The notes under the pieces: model-generated
What the model was told of the DNA's origin: nothing
Seen by the model: the letters and a program-made list of their open reading frames with translations, nothing else
The model's database searches: none
Assembly: GCF_039654945.1 (NCBI RefSeq)
Contig: NW_027361797.1
Coordinates: forward strand, 43,462,001 to 43,526,000
DNA length: 64,000 nucleotides
Direction of reading: 5' to 3'
Source: Dendrobates tinctorius
Taxonomy: Eukaryota
Made by a program: the position numbers and the translations under genes
Shown here: piece by piece, positions 1 through 14,196 of the stretch
How the letters are laid out: each line of letters opens with the position of its first letter
Numbering within the stretch: the first letter of the stretch is position 1

Positions 1-596
1 GCCGGATTATCAAATGTTCTAAATTATAAAAGGGTCATTAATTCTCTTCTAAAAGTAATACAAGTGCAAAATAAAATATTAAATATGTCAATGTAACTTT
101 AACGACTTTATCCTACTAGCTTACAGATTTGCCAAGCACTGCCCGGCTTCTTGCCGCTCTTGGTCTTCCTCTTGGGAGGAGCATGTGGCCGCTGCAGCCA
201 ATCCCTGTCTGTAATGGGTGGACAGTTCGTCACTGCAGCGGTAAGTGATTGTGCCGGAAACAAGTGTCACATTCAGTAGTGTGGCATGGTGGGGCTACAG
301 GGGCAGAACCCCTTCCACCAAAATCTATGGGGGCTCAAAATATCACCACCATATTATTCGAGCACGCGGAAGATGCTCGCTCATCACTACTACTTGTACT
401 ATATTTTTGTTCGTTCTGACCCATTATTGGCAATATCAAGGAACTGGATTTCTTCCTTCTCTATCCCTAAAAGCTCTAAACATTTACTTCTGGCAAAAAT
501 GAAAGCGGGCACATTCAGGCGAGCGTCACTGCGGAAATTAAGAGCTGGTTTTTATACCTTGAGAAAGGCGTCGGTCCGGCACAGAAATGCGTTGAC

Positions 597-1270
597 ATTA
601 TTATTATTATTTATTTATATAGCTCCATTAATTCCATGAGAAGGGGGGTTACATACAAAGTTATAGATATCGTTAACAGTAAACAAGTTTACAATGACAG
701 ACTGGTACAGAGGGGAGAGGACCCTGTCCTTGTGGACTTACATTCTACGGGATAGTGGGGAAGAGACAGAAGGTCGGGGGTGCAGCAGCTCTGGTGGTGA
801 TGAGGCGGCGGCTCGGGCGGTGGTGAGGCGGCAGAATGGTCATTGCAGGCTGTAAGCTTTACTGAAAAGATGGGTTTTCAGGTTCGGTTTGAAGGATCCG
901 AGGGTGGTGGATAACCGGACGTGTTGAGGCATGGAATTCCAGAGGATGGGGGATATTCGGGAGAAATCTTGGAGGCGGTTGTGTGAGGAACGAATAAGTG
1001 TGGAGGAGAGTAGGAGGTCTTGGGAGGATCGAAGATTTAGTGAGGGAAGATATTGGGAGATTAGTTCATAGATATAGGGAGGGGAAAGGTTGTGGATGGC
1101 TTTGTAGGTCAGTGTTAGTAGTTTGAACTGGATTCGTTGGGGAATTGGGAGCCAAAGGAGGAATTTGCAGAGGGGAGAGACAGGGGAGTAGCGAGGAGAG
1201 AGGTGGATTAGTCGGGCAGCAGAATTGAGGACAGACTGGAGTGGTGCAAGAGAGTTAGCAGGGAGGCCAC
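597..1270 (-). mobile_element. L2 (CR1-group) LINE 3' fragment
   Basis: ORF 840-1295(-) has L2 ORF2 C-terminal motifs (LQSVLNSAARLI, WLPIPQRIQFK, LKTHLF); (TTA)n-type tail at about 597-615; continues at 4609-4850 beyond the hAT insertion. Confidence 0.9.
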
Positions 1271-2462
1271 CAGGGCTGTGTAGTCGGTAAGCCAAACCTG
1301 CGACTCCTCAATTTCCCTTACACCGACTCCAACTCCGACTCCACGACTCCCACATATATTGCTTATATTTAAGTGAAAAATTTATTGTAGTACAAATGTG
1401 AACATCAGACGTTTAATCATTTTTATGATACAATAATGAAGATATGTAGCTAGAACATGATATACTGTATATTTATTGGAATACAACCTTACAAACTGTA
1501 ATAAATTGCAAATATGTAATACATTATGTAATATCGATTACATATATATAACACTATGTAATAAACTATGTGAGTGGCAAAAAAAAACAGTTTTCAACAA
1601 AAACATACTAGATAACATTTGTGCAGTCTATGAATTTGTTCTGAGAAATAGTATCGCCTCCATCAGATCCTTCTTCATAGATGACCTCAAATCTGACCTA
1701 ATAATTTTAAGGCCAGAGAACAACCTCTCTACACTAACTTGGGTTGGAGGAAAAGCCGTAACCACATGGGAACGTCTCTAACAATTTCCGGGTATAAAGG
1801 AATTGCCTCATGCACAGTCAGTTTTGATGAACTGTTGAATTTGTCTATTTCTTTGAGAGCAAGTGAAACATTTTGCTGAAATGTGGTCAATCTGCTTGCT
1901 ATAGGAGACAGAGTGAAATCTTTTTCCTTGCGGCAACGCTTTGACAAGTATTTGGATGACATGGAGCAGGCAAAGTCAATCTTCTCATCTGATGAGGATG
2001 AAGATATGGCAGCAGTAGCACTGTCAGGACCCGAGTCCTCTTGCGCCTGGCAGTCCTCCTGTAGGCCAGTCTTCCTAAATGCTACCTCAGTCAGAGCTTC
2101 TTTTCCTTTAGTAAGCTGTTGATCATCAAGCAGTATACGATGACTTGAGTCCACATAAACAGCTGCCAGAAAAATTTTATTTTCCAATAGCTGTGTCTCT
2201 CTCCGTTTCATTGAAGCTGAAATGCCATCTGCGATTAAACCTCCTCTTTGGGACAGGCAAAATAGCAAGTTCTTCCACTCCCTTATGAAAATGCCAGGAG
2301 TTAAATCCTCAGCTTGTAATTTTTTTAGTCACGGTAAATGGGTGATTAAGAGATTCCTTCAATTCAGCCACCTGTGTCCATTGACCTTCAGTTAGGGTTA
2401 CATGAGGGCTCGTCATATCTATAATAAACGGTTGTAGTTCAAGCAATCACTCAATCATTAAA

Positions 2463-3688
2463 TAACATAGTAACATAGTTAGTAAGGCCGAAAAAAGACA
2501 TTAGGCCATCCAGTTCAGCCTATAAAATTCTGTCAGAATAAATCCCCAGATCTACGTCCTTCTAAAGAACCTAACAATGACTGTAAGATACAATATTGTT
2601 ACACTCCAGGAAGACATCCAGGCCTCTCTTGAACCCTTCGACTGAGTTCGCCATCACCACCTCCTCAGGCAGGGAATTCCAGATTCTCTCTGCCCTAACA
2701 GTAAAGAATCCTCTTCTATGTTGGTGGAAAAACCTTTTCTCCTCCAGACGCAGAGTGCCGCCTTGTGACCTTCACCTTCCTTGGTATAAACAGATCCTCG
2801 GAGAGATATTTGTATTGTCCCCTTATATACTTATACATGGTTATTAGATCGCCCCTCAGTCGTCTTTTTTCTAGACTAAATAATCCTAATTTTGCTAAGC
2901 TCTCTGGGTATTATAGTTCCCCCATCCCTTTATTAATTTTGTTGCCCTCCTTTGTACCCGCTCTAGTTCCATTATATCCTTCCTGAGTACCGGTGCCCAA
3001 AACTGTACACAGTACTCCATGTGCAGTCTAACCAGAGATTTGTACAGAGGCAGTATAATGCTCTCATCATGTGTATCCAGACCTCCATGAAACTGTTTGC
3101 CTTGGCAGCCGCTGCCTGGCACTGGCTGCACCAAGTCAGTCTATCATTAACTAGGATCTCCAAGTCCTTCTCCATGTCAGATGTACCCAGTGGTTTCCCG
3201 TTCAGTGTGTAATGGTGATATTGATTCCTTCTTCCCATGTGTATAACCTTACAATTATCATTGTTAAACTGCATCTGCCACCTTTCGGCTCAAGTTCCCA
3301 ACTTATCCAGATCCATCTGTAGAAGAATACTATCTTCTCTTGTATTGACTGCTTTACATAGTTTTGTATCATCTGCAAATATCGATATTTACTGTGCAAA
3401 CCTTCTACCAGATCGTTAATAAATTGTTGAAGAGAATAGGTCCCAACACCGACCCCTGCAGTACCCCACTGGTCACAGCGACCCAGTTAGAGAATTACTG
3501 GCCTATAATTTCCAGGTTCACTTTTAGAGCCCTTTTTGAATATTGGTACAACATTTGCTATGCGCCAGTCCTGTGGAACAGATCCCGTCGCCAGAGTCTC
3601 TAAATATAAGAAATAAAGGTTTGTCTATTACATGACTTAGTTCTCTTAGTACTCGTGGGTGTATGCCATCCGGACCCGGAGATTTAAA
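2463..3688 (-). mobile_element. CR1 LINE 3' fragment nested in the hAT
   Basis: Fragments [47 protein letters not shown]; (TAACATAG)2 tail at 2463; internal deletions and frameshifts. Confidence 0.9.
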
Positions 3689-3878
3689 AGTGCTGCCCCA
3701 CCGAGTGGCTTGATCGACAATTGCCCCTTTCCCAGCACGTCTCTTCAAGATGGAATCAATTTTAGGGGTTCTGGCGGCAATAACCAATTTCCTCACTTTT
3801 CCAATCAGATTTCCAGCAAGTCCCTCTTGTAGACTATCTTTAATTGCTAGCTGCAGCGTGTGCACAACTTTCTCCAGC

Positions 3879-4400
3879 TCAGTGCCCAGGAATTGGATCC
3901 TGTGCAGGGCAGTCACCCCTCCCTCTCCTCTCTCTGGTGAAGGCAGCAGAAGACAGGACAGAGGAAGGGAGATTGCCCCCTGCATTCTGGAGCTGGTGCA
4001 GGACGGGAGCACTGCAGCATGCAAGTGAGTTTTGATAGGTGCATGCCCATTTCTAGGGGGGGGGGGCAGCTTCCCCCCCTGCCCTCGCCGGCTACGGCCA
4101 TGATTCACACACACAGCGTTTTTGCGGATCCGTTTTTTTGCAGTAAAATGCAGTGACTCTGGGCATCCCAGCAAAGTCAATGGGTTCCAAGATATGACAT
4201 TCAGACACATTGTTTTGTGAGGATCCGTTTTTGGGCTGAATGAGCATGTCAGTTTGTGTGGCGTTTTGCTATTGAAAACATTATCTATGAGCGCAAAAAG
4301 CTTTCAGGTGATGCGGTTTTTTTAAAAGCAGATCTGCATTTGCAGCTGAAAAACGTATCCTCAAAAAACGCAGCAAAAACGCTGTGTGTGAATGTAGCCT
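3879..4400. mobile_element. Two adjacent non-autonomous DNA transposon (MITE) remnants inside the hAT
   Basis: GC-rich hAT-like MITE to about 4102, then a fold-back Harbinger-like MITE ending GTGTGAATGTAGCC-TTA. Confidence 0.5.
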
Positions 4401-4608
4401 TAGATCAGGAATAGAACAGCCATTTATAGGACATTTCATAACTTTCCCAAATTCCTATGAAAAAATATTCAGCACATTCTGCATTGAACTACTGTACCCA
4501 ATTTATTATATATTTTAGGAGTCAGTCCATTTTATACCGACTCCGACTCCACCAAAATGAGCACTGACTCCGGCTCCACGACTCCGACTCCACAGCCCTG
4601 GAGGCCAC

Positions 4609-4850
4609 AGAGGAGAGTGTTGCAGTAGTTAAGGTGGAAGATGATGAGGGCATGTACAAGAGTTTTAGTAATGTAGATTGAGGGCTGAGGAAGGGACAGA
4701 TTCTGGAAATATTTTTGAGTTGGAGGCGACATGAGGTGGCAAGAGTTTGGACGTGTGGTTTGAAGGACAGGGCAGAGTCGAGAGTTACTCCGAGGCAGCG
4801 GATTTCAGGTACAGGAGAGAGCGTGATACCGTTTACCATAATAGATAGAT
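4609..4850 (-). mobile_element. L2 fragment, upstream continuation of 597-1270
   Basis: CLGVTLDSALSFKPH...LKNISRI motif; joins the left fragment across the hAT TSD. Confidence 0.85.
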
Positions 4851-5673
4851 AAAAACAGTTGTGGAATTCCAAGGCTCTTCATTCCTGCACCGCAGCTCAC
4901 CTAAACGTGGCAGCTTCCATTTTTGCTACCATACCCCATTACCTCCAGCCACAAGGCAGCAGCAGCGGCTTTCCACACCTTCATAGGAGTGGTGCCTGCA
5001 TACAACATCTTTAGGTGAGTGCTACCATCACTTATACCTATCCCTTACCAGATGTATTGCCCTATTTTGTGTACGCTTCAGTCCCCTCTGCAGACCTTCT
5101 AATTATTTGCTCTCTATTTTAGTTGTTTCCAGGATAAAGGACATAGTTAATCTTACAACAATACTGTAGACCAGAACCAACTTAATGTCTAACATCCAAA
5201 TTCGAAGAAAGACGTTAACTATAAACTATGTACAGCGGTATAAGATTTCACATGAACACTCGCTGTGAAGCAAAGTATAATAAATAATGGAAGTGGTGCA
5301 CCAGGCATTGACGTGCACCCCAACCCCAATGGTGGCCAGACTGTATGGGCAGGCTCCCCATACCGCGACGTCAAGAGAAACCCACAGGAGGCAGCCCAAA
5401 CATTTACTGTAAACTTTACTCTGCACAGGAGGCGCAGGCTTGAACACTGCAAAACTTTACACAAGATACAGAGGATAGATATCACAGATCAGACTCACAC
5501 AGTGGATTCACCGAGCCTTGCCGCTCTGGTCCGCCAGTTCTACCACACGTGGGCTCCCTCCTCGGCCTTCCATGTGGCAGGGGGTCTGGGAACCTCAAAC
5601 ACATCCGGTGAGGCCCACTCCAGTGATGAGATGTGCCCAATTCATTAAGTGGCGTGCTCCTCTTAATGAATTA

Positions 5674-6057
5674 GGGTACCGTTACACTTAGCGATGCACC
5701 AGCGATCCCGACAACGATATGGATCGCTGGTGCATCGCTAAGTGGTCGCTAGTGAGCTGCCACACAGGCAGATCTCACCAGCGACATCGCAGCGGTCGGG
5801 GATCGCTCCTTACCTGTCAGACGCGGCGATCCTGACGTCCTCCCGCCCGCGTCCACGCTTCGCTCGTCGTCACAGCAGGAAGCCCAGCAGGAAGCGCCCG
5901 ACGAGAAATGATCCAGGACGCTCTTGCGCGATCAGCGATGAGCAGCGGGGGAGCCGGTCGGAGGTAAGTATAAAACATAGCGATATCGCTAGCAATATCG
6001 CTATAACGTCACAAAATCGGTGATGTTACAGCGATATTGCTATGTTTAACAGGGGCT
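5674..6057. mobile_element. PIF/Harbinger-like MITE
   Basis: TTA flanks, imperfect TIRs, AGCGAT/ATCGCT sub-terminal palindromes; same family at 28437-28840. Confidence 0.7.
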
Positions 6058-6403
6058 TTAGTCGCATATTACTCCGGCATGCCCATCAATAAGACCACTC
6101 TATGAATTGCCATCTTAGCGAATCAGCCCAGTGACTATCTACGATATGTAACTCAGATATAAGTGGGAAGTATACAGACAGTTATCAGTAAGTCTTGTAT
6201 TACGCATATTTACAGGAACTGCAGTGTGGCAACAATAGCATTTTACCAATGTAAATAATAATGTTACTATAGTATAAACACCTCTGATCTTTTTTTAAAT
6301 AAACTCCTAAACTTAAGCAGTGTCTCCATTGTTAAATGTGCAGATCAATAAAAAAAATAACACCATTACCAAGTAACATGCTGAGAATATGGTCTTGGAT
6401 TCT

Positions 6404-7627
6404 GAGCTCAGACACCTTGGCATGTGTTTCGCATCCTTGCTTCTTCAGGAGTGGAGAAAAGAATAAAGAGGTTGTCCATTACTTTAGCTTCCTTTGGAAA
6501 GGTCATCAATGTCTGATCGGTCGGTGTCCAAAACTCAGCACCACCGCTGATCAGCTGTCCTAGGTATCGGCCGGAAATGCTCACTTGCAGAGCTGGCTGT
6601 CTTCTGAGCATGGCTGCAGCTTGGGACTGCACACCTGCCTCCTATTGATTTGAATAGGAGGCAGATGTGTAGTACACTGCTGCGGCCACTATCACAAGAC
6701 AGCCACGCTCCACAAATGAGTATTTCCGGCCGGTCACTGGCACCGAGAACATCTGATCGGCGGGGTTGCTGGGTGTTGGACCCCGACCGGTCACACATTG
6801 ATGACCTATCCTATGCAAGCCAAGGCGTGAGCTCCCTTCCTTGAGCTATAAACCGCATCTAAATAGCTTTCTCAGGGCTGATGTCCACAGTTCGGCATCC
6901 GGTCCTTTGTTTGCCCTTATTTACACACTGAGGTCAACTCTGACACATGGCAAGGTTTTTAACATTAGACGTTGTAGGACCGTCTTGATCAGTGTCACCT
7001 TGCCGATGGTGGGATGCGTTTTATGCTATTTTTGATCAAAAACAGTGTTACCATGAACCCTATGTTATTTAAATGCACTTTTGCTTTTTACTTGTTTAGT
7101 TACAGCAAAGTGTGTGTTTATTTTGCGTCTTGTCGGTTTTGTATGATTTATAGCCAATGTGAACATGCGTTTAGGTGCTGCATGCATACCCCTCCAACCA
7201 AACTCAATTTTTGTGTTCAATCAGAAATGTTGGATAGTTCTTCTGATTAGCTATGTCGCTTACCCCATGCACAGTGCATTGCAGTAGCTTAGGTGTCCAT
7301 GGTTATAACCACTCACATAGTTGCTAGTGGTTGGAAACATTGATACTCAAGCTACTGCAATGCCCTGCACATGGGGTCAGCGACACATCAAATCAGTAAA
7401 ACTATACTACATTTCTGATTTGCGGTATTTCCTAAAATTATTATTGCACCTACTACATATTGAGATGGGATCTTGGAGATGGGAATATTCCTTTAAAGCT
7501 ACTTGACAAAATTAAAAAAGTAATCTTATCTAAAAATACAGAAAGATGATAGAAAGATATTAAATTCACAATGTATAGACAATAAAAAGATATCCTGCAA
7601 AAATATAATTTCATAACCCCCCCTATA
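6404..7627 (+). repeat. Segmental duplicate of the THUMPD1 3' flank (= about 17756-18806 + 19412-19540), containing Kolobok-like MITE remnants
   Basis: Colinear near-identity with 17756-19540 except for the MITE at 18807-19411. Confidence 0.9.
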
Positions 7628-9018
7628 TTTTTTTAAATTGCATCCTTTAGTGCCTTTTATGTGGATTTTATTGTTGTTTTTTAGCCTTGTTTAACCTAAT
7701 AAATAAATGGAAAAAAAAACAACGTGCCCCCCCCCCCATTTTATGAAACCAGCAAAGGTAAAGCAGAAAGCTGTGTGCTGATATCAGGCTGAGAAGGTTC
7801 CTGGTTATTGGGCCCTTCTCTGCCTAAAAATACCAGCCCTCAGCCCCCCCAGATATGGCGCATCACATTAGATATGCCAGTACTGGAGTTTTGAGCTCAC
7901 TTTTACCTATTGCCCTTGTGCTTTGGCAATTGGATAATGGTAGTTGGGGGTTTCTGGTCAGCTGTGACTTGTCCAAAAATACAGCTGCCATCAAGCCCTG
8001 GTGTTAGTAATGGAGAGGTGTCTATCACACACCCCTTATTAACCCAGTACTAAAAAGTAAAAAGATAAACACACTCCAATACCTTCTCTGGTTCACCAAT
8101 TTATCTATACTTTTAGCTAAGATTTTTTTCCTTGGTTGCCAGGAGGGTTCTGGTGGTGAAAATTCCCGGTTAATTTAAGATAATCAGACACCATACGGAT
8201 GGTCTGTGTGCAGTCCGTTTTTTTTTTCTCGCACCCATTAACTTGCATTGACGAGTCTTGGCCATTTTATGGATCCGTATGCGCAGCATGCTGCGATTTT
8301 TGATCTGCACTGACTCAGTGTGAGCGAACCCAAATACTGATGTAAAATACTGACCAAATACTGAACGTGGCCTAGTATAGAGAAACTGATCACATCAGCT
8401 GGGTTCTCTAAAGACGCCGCAGAGATCTTTAAATTTAAAAGGCAATTCCCCATAGTGATATATAGTTAGATTATGACATTGATTTCTGATTGGTGGGGAT
8501 CTTGTACACCCTGAGAATGAAGAGGGCCACAGTACTGAGTCCCTTCCCTGTTTACCTTGCACAGCGGTGCTCCTGACCACCTGATGAGCACCTCCATCCA
8601 TTGTGGATGACTGGCTGTACTGCAGCTCCTGGCTCCATGGGAGTCCAGAGCTCTGATGTGACATGGGCTATGATGAACTAATCCTGGGGCCTCTCCATTG
8701 TCAGGATCAGTGGAGGCCCCAGAAGGTGATAACTATCCCAACTATGTTCCACTCTTTCAGATAGAATTAACCATTTAATGATTAACAATTATCAATCAAG
8801 ACAATTCACCCAATATTTCCATTTGGTTCAATCATTTATTCTGCATCCAATCACAAAAAGGCAAACAAAACCCAAAACATTACAACAGTAAAAATCCCCG
8901 CTATGAAAACCTCCATATACATTATACTATTACAGGACATTGCAGATAACACACTATATACAGATGCAGCATTGTTACAAGAAATAACAATTTACGATGG
9001 ACGTCGTTGTCAGCGGCC

Positions 9019-10570
9019 TCAGCTTGTGATTTTAACAGAGGCGCCTTCTTTCAAATAGAAGATGACATGTAGGGGTTCAGTGAAGGATGCAGTGAAGGTG
9101 TATAAGTGTGTGACATGGTCCCTTAGCTCATAGAAGGACAGACGCCCGGCCTCAGTCTAAGAACACTCCAAGTTTTGGACATTGTGGCTCTACACAAAGG
9201 CTTAATAAGCGTGAGTCTCAACCTACATCATATGCTTCATCAGACATAAGCAAAAACCAAGATTTAGGATAAAATATATTATCACAGTTACATACTTCCC
9301 TTACTACTCTGAGATAACACATTCCAACTTCACATTGTCCCATCTGGTTCCACTCTACCTCCCAGTAATGTCTTCATGAGGAGAGGCCACATCTGCTTAA
9401 AACATGGGAGCAATTCATAAATCTTACTGACGATTGTGGCCTGTCCTGTTCTTCTGGATCTGTTGCCGTTTTCAAATCTTCTGATATCTTTATATAGTTA
9501 TAAGCAGGGTCCACATTCAGCAATACGTCTGGAACTTGGATCCTGAGCTCTGAGGTTACATAGGTGAAAATATCCCTCATGGATCGGTGTAAGGTCAATG
9601 AGATCAGAACCTCATCTAGATCCTCACCAGAACGCACATCTCCTCCATCTCCCCAAGTGTCCTCATCATCTTCATATCCTGTAATATTACTTTCTTGTAA
9701 GAGTCTTATTGGGTCAGTGACACGACACATCTCCTCCACATCATTCAATTTCATGCACAGCTCTTGCTCCTCTATTTCCAACTTCTGGATCAGATGACGT
9801 ATCCTAAACACAGTCTTTTCCTCCTGCCTGAAGACCTCGCTCAGCGCTTTAGCTTCTGCAGTTTCCAGTTGTTTCCTAATGTCCATAAATAACTTGCTGA
9901 TGTTCTCTTTCTCAGAGGCTTTCTGATGGACAGTCCACATATGATCCTGCAGATTTTGGACTCTGGTCTGAAGTTTAGCTCTTTGAGGGTACAGATCATT
10001 AAAACATTTCCTCAGTTTCTCCTTTCTCTTCCCAAAAGCCTCATCTAGAAGTTCCATCTTGTGACCCCAATGTTCACCAACAAAACAGCAAGACATACAC
10101 AGACAAGCCTCGTCCTGCGGGCAGTAATACTCCAGGGATATATTGTGGAGAGAACATTTCTTGTGGCCAATTGAGAGAGTGGGTTCTATTAATATGTGAT
10201 CCATCGTCTTATTGTGGACTGTCAGGTGTTTGACACAGAGAGTTCTCACACTGCAAACATGTTCTTACCGCCGGGGTGGAGGCATCGCAGTAAGCACAAA
10301 AGATTTGGGGGGTTCCTCCATATCAGCCTGAGAAGATAAGAAATGCTCCACTATATTCAACAGCTTCCTGTTCTTCTCTAGGGTCGGTCGCGCCGGATAT
10401 TTTGCTCTGCACTCCGGACAGGAATATGCTCCAGTTACCTCCTGTATATCCAGCACACTCACAACACAGAAGCGGCAAAAGTTGTGTCAACAGCTCAGGT
10501 AAACGGGATATGTAAAGAAGTTCAGGCAAATGGGGCAGATCAGCTTGTCCTTCAGCCCAGCAGACTCCAT
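9019..10570 (-). pseudogene. Intronless TRIM (RING-Bbox-CC-PRY/SPRY) pseudogene, copy 1
   Basis: ATG 10570 MESAGLKDKLICPICL..; TGA in RING (10487-10489), frameshifts near 10260-10310, GGA>TGA at 9374-9376, 2-bp deletion near 9155 relative to copy 2. Confidence 0.9.
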
Positions 10571-10631
10571 TGTAGTGTGAAAAAGTCACAAAGCAGAAGC
10601 TTAAAAGATTCCTGAAAGCCGGGGAGTTAAG

Positions 10632-11000
10632 TCCTAAAGCTCTGTAGGGTCCAGACAAGACTACTGCTCACCTAAAGCTCTGTAGGGTCCAGGCAAGACT
10701 ACTGCTCACCTAAAGCTCTGTGTGGTCCAGACAAGACTACTGCTCACCTAAAGCTCTGTAGGGTCCAGACAAGACTACTGCTCACCTAAAGCTCTGTAGG
10801 GTCCAGGCAAGACTACAGCTCACCTAAAGCTCTGTAGGGTCCAGGCAAGACTACAGCTCACATAAAGCTCTGTAGGGTCCAGGCAAGACTACAGCTCACA
10901 TAAAGCTCTGTAGGGTCCAGGCAAGACTAAATCTAACTTAAAGCTCTGTGTGGTCCAGACTAGACTTCTCACCTACAGCCCTCTGCAGAGTCCTGACTAC
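10632..11000. repeat. 38-bp minisatellite (about 9 units) between the TRIM and THUMPD1 starts
   Basis: Unit CTAAAGCTCTGTAGGGTCCAG(A/G)CAAGACTAC(T/A)GCTCAC. Confidence 0.95.
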
Positions 11001-11366
11001 TCTACGTCTCACTTTAAGCTCCGCAGCGCCCAGACTAGATGACTTCTCGCAGCGCTATCGTGGTCTCAAGCCTCCAGCAAACACGTGCATTGGCGCTTCC
11101 GGCCAGGAACTTCCGCATTGTGCTTGAAAGGCCCCGAGGATGAGCGCCGAGGTCCAGGATGAGCGCCGAGGTCCAGAAGGGGAAAAAGCGAGGAAAAGCG
11201 CAGTATGTGAGCAACGCCAAGCTGCACCGGGGCGGCCGGCAGCTGGAGGTGGGCATGCAGGGCATCCTCATCACCTGCAACATGAACGAGAGGAAGTGTG
11301 TGGGGGAAGCCTACAGCCTGCTCAACGAGTGCGGAGACCTGCTGTACGGCGCCGAGAAGGTGGGTG

Positions 11367-11368
<2 letters not shown>

Positions 11369-11418
<50 letters not shown>
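11369..11418. repeat. (GT)n microsatellite
   Basis: About 24 GT units; shorter in copy 2 (about 59571-59592). Confidence 0.95.
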
Positions 11419-11425
<7 letters not shown>

Positions 11426-12970
11426 CGGAACTACAACTCCCAGAGTGCAATGACGGCGGCAGATAGTGTGGGCATGCTGGGAGTTGTAGTCCTGTACAGC
11501 TTCTGGTGTTCTGCTGCAGCCTTGGGACGTGTGCACACTGCGGGGATTTACTGACGGATCAGGGACCAGTGTGAACGAGGCGCTTATTATATAGTAACAT
11601 TATTATTCTGCTCAATTAGTTATTTCATTTTTGCAACGAGGTCAAAAATCCACAGCTTGTTTTCCATTTCGTGTGACTTTAGTCCTAGGCCCCGGTTACT
11701 TGCACTGGGTGCGGATTTGCTGAGCATCGGTGATAACTTGTAATATATATCGGTGTGTAGATCAAACATAACATTAATATTCAGTATGTGTAATATTGGG
11801 GGGGCAGTAGGACCCCAGCGGATGGCTGTAACGGGCCTCTGCCACACCCCGTCATTGGAGCGATGGAGCTCGTGCCTCTGCTCTATTCACTCTCTGTGTG
11901 ACTGCCGGAGACAGCTGTGTATGGTGCCATCTCCGTCACTCAGAGCCACGGTCTCGGAATCGGCAGGGGCTCCTGGCTGTCGGACCCCCATCAATCCGTT
12001 CTCCTGAGAATAGGTGATGACTTGCGATGTTGGGAATAGCCATTTAAAAATGTGATCTTCTAAGAAGATCATAAAAGTGCAGATGTCTAGCCAAGAAGAA
12101 GAGTGATCGATGACCATGATTGGAGAAAAGTCTACACTGACCCGGGGGTCTCGTCCTGAAATCTCCTTTTTCATTCTTGTCGCTGTGGTTCGGCACCAGT
12201 CAGAACAGGGATTGAGGGATCCCGGATTTGGGGATAGAAGGGGTAGCAGTATCATATATACATGGCATAACCTGCTGTGAGAGACCCCCTTTATAGGGAC
12301 TCTGTCAGCATAGAATGACCAAACTAAATCTTGGTGCTTCACTGCGGCCGATCATTTATATTCACCTCCCACCTGCTTGGTTTCTCTCCATCGCCACCCT
12401 CTCTGCCTTGATTGACAGCTCTGTCTTTAAAGAGCCAGAAAAGGATGGAGAAGAAGCTGGTGGGAAAGTGGTATTTAAATGATTGCCCCCCGCCATGATG
12501 CACCCGTCTCCTGTACTTTGTTTGCACCGCCATTCTGTGCTGACAGTCACATCATCAGAATATGACATCCCCTTCTGCTCAGTTTGGGTCTGACTACCTG
12601 GACCCCAATAATCATGAGAATTAAGGAAGAGTCTGACAATCGTTTAACTTGGTCAAGGATTTCAACACAATACCCGGACTGGCCGGCGGCTCTCCCGAGC
12701 GTGACAGCTTTATGTACTCCTGTAGACAGTAAGCCCGTGAGGGCAGTCTGCCATTGTTTGTTTCTTGACTGTAATTTATATCTGTATTTTGTATGTATCC
12801 CCTTCCCATGTACACTACCGTTCCAAATTTTGGGGTCACCCAGACAATTTTGTGTATTCCATGAAAACTCATACTTTTATTAATCAAATGAGTGGCCAAA
12901 TGAATTTAAAATCTAGTCCAGACATTGACAAGGTTAAAAAAAAAAAAAATAAAATAAATTTTTATTTGAA

Positions 12971-13406
12971 ACTAGCTGAAGAGCCCGGCATAGTAACTAA
13001 CTGTGGTTAGTTATAGCAAATTATAATTATCCTCCATCTCATAGTCCCCTGCCCATATACCCATCATACATCCTCCATCCCATAGTCCCATGCCCATATA
13101 CCCATCATACATCCTCCATCCCATAGTCGAGTGCCCATATACCCATCATATTTATCCTCCATCCCATAGTCCAGTGTCCATATACCCATCACACATCCTC
13201 CATCCCATAGTCAACCATTATGACATCATAATGAGCGGCGGGGCTTGCAACCTATGATGACATCAGCGTCGCCATGGCAACCATTATGACATCATAATGA
13301 GGGGCGGGTCTTGATACACACACACACACTTTTTCCCCATTATGTGGATAAGGGCAAAATTGTTTGGTGAATTGCAATGCGTGGGGTTAAAATTTCGCCT
13401 CACAAA
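12971..13406 (-). mobile_element. Non-autonomous Helitron fragment with ~40-bp minisatellite, nested in the Tc1
   Basis: 3' end CTTCAGCTAG|T on the minus strand; same family as 25516-26604 and 60568-64000. Confidence 0.7.
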
Positions 13407-14196
13407 GAATGCTCCCTTACAGCATTGCAGACCTTTGGCATTCTAGCAGTTAATTTGCTGAGGTAATCTGGAGAAATGTCACCCCATGCTTCCAGAAGCC
13501 CCTCACACAAGTTGGTTTGTCTTGATGGGCACTTTTTGCGTACCATACGGTCAAGCTGCTCCCACAACAGCTCAGTGGGGTTGAGATCTGGTGGCTGCAC
13601 TGGCCACTCCATGATTGATAGAATACCAGCTTCCTGCTTCTTCCATAATTTGGAGGTGTGCTTTGGGTCATTGTCCTGTTGTAGGATGAAATTGACGCCA
13701 ATCAAGCGCTGTCCACAGGGTATGGCATGGCATTGAAAAATGGAGTGATAGCCTTCTTTATTCAAAATCCCTTTTACCTTGTACAAATCTCCCACTTTAC
13801 CAGTATCAAAGCAGCCCCAGACCATCACATTACCTCCACCATGCTTGACAGATGGCGTCAGGCACTCTTCCAGCATCTTTTCAGTTGTTCTGCGTCTCAC
13901 AAATGTTCTTCTATGTGATCCAAACACCTCAAACTTGGATTCGTCTGTCCATAACACTTTTTTCCAATCTTCCTCTGTCCAATGTCTGTGTTCTTTTGCC
14001 TATATTAGTCTTTTCCTTTTATTAGCCAGTCTCAGATATGACGTTTTCTTTGCCACTCTGCCCTGAAGGCCAGCATCCCGGAGTCGCCTCTTCACTGTAG
14101 ACGTTGACACTGGCGTTTTGCGTGTACTATTTAATGAAGCTGCCAGTTGAGGACCTGTGAGCCATCGATTTCTCAAACTACAGACTCTAATGTACT

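Larger units (their letters stand above)
1271..4600 (-). mobile_element. hAT DNA transposon with degraded transposase, inserted in the L2
   Basis: TIRs CAGGGCTGTG(T)AGTCGG ... CCGACTCCACAGCCCTG; perfect 8-bp TSD GAGGCCAC (1263-1270 and 4601-4608); minus-strand transposase fragments (TRWGST near 3700; dimerisation-like region near 1700-1800). Confidence 0.9.
8102..12130 (+). repeat. Segmental duplication copy 1 (TRIM + THUMPD1 5' end) = 56272-60301
   Basis: Colinear high identity from TATCTATA.TTTTAG to GATTGGAGAAAAGT. Confidence 0.95.

Noticed and set aside
4860-5660. 127-aa ORF and possible Penelope-like 5' region
   Set aside because: No recognisable motif or boundaries; cannot be supported.
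10632-11000. CRISPR-like periodic repeat
   Set aside because: Head-to-tail units with no unique spacers, in a eukaryotic context.
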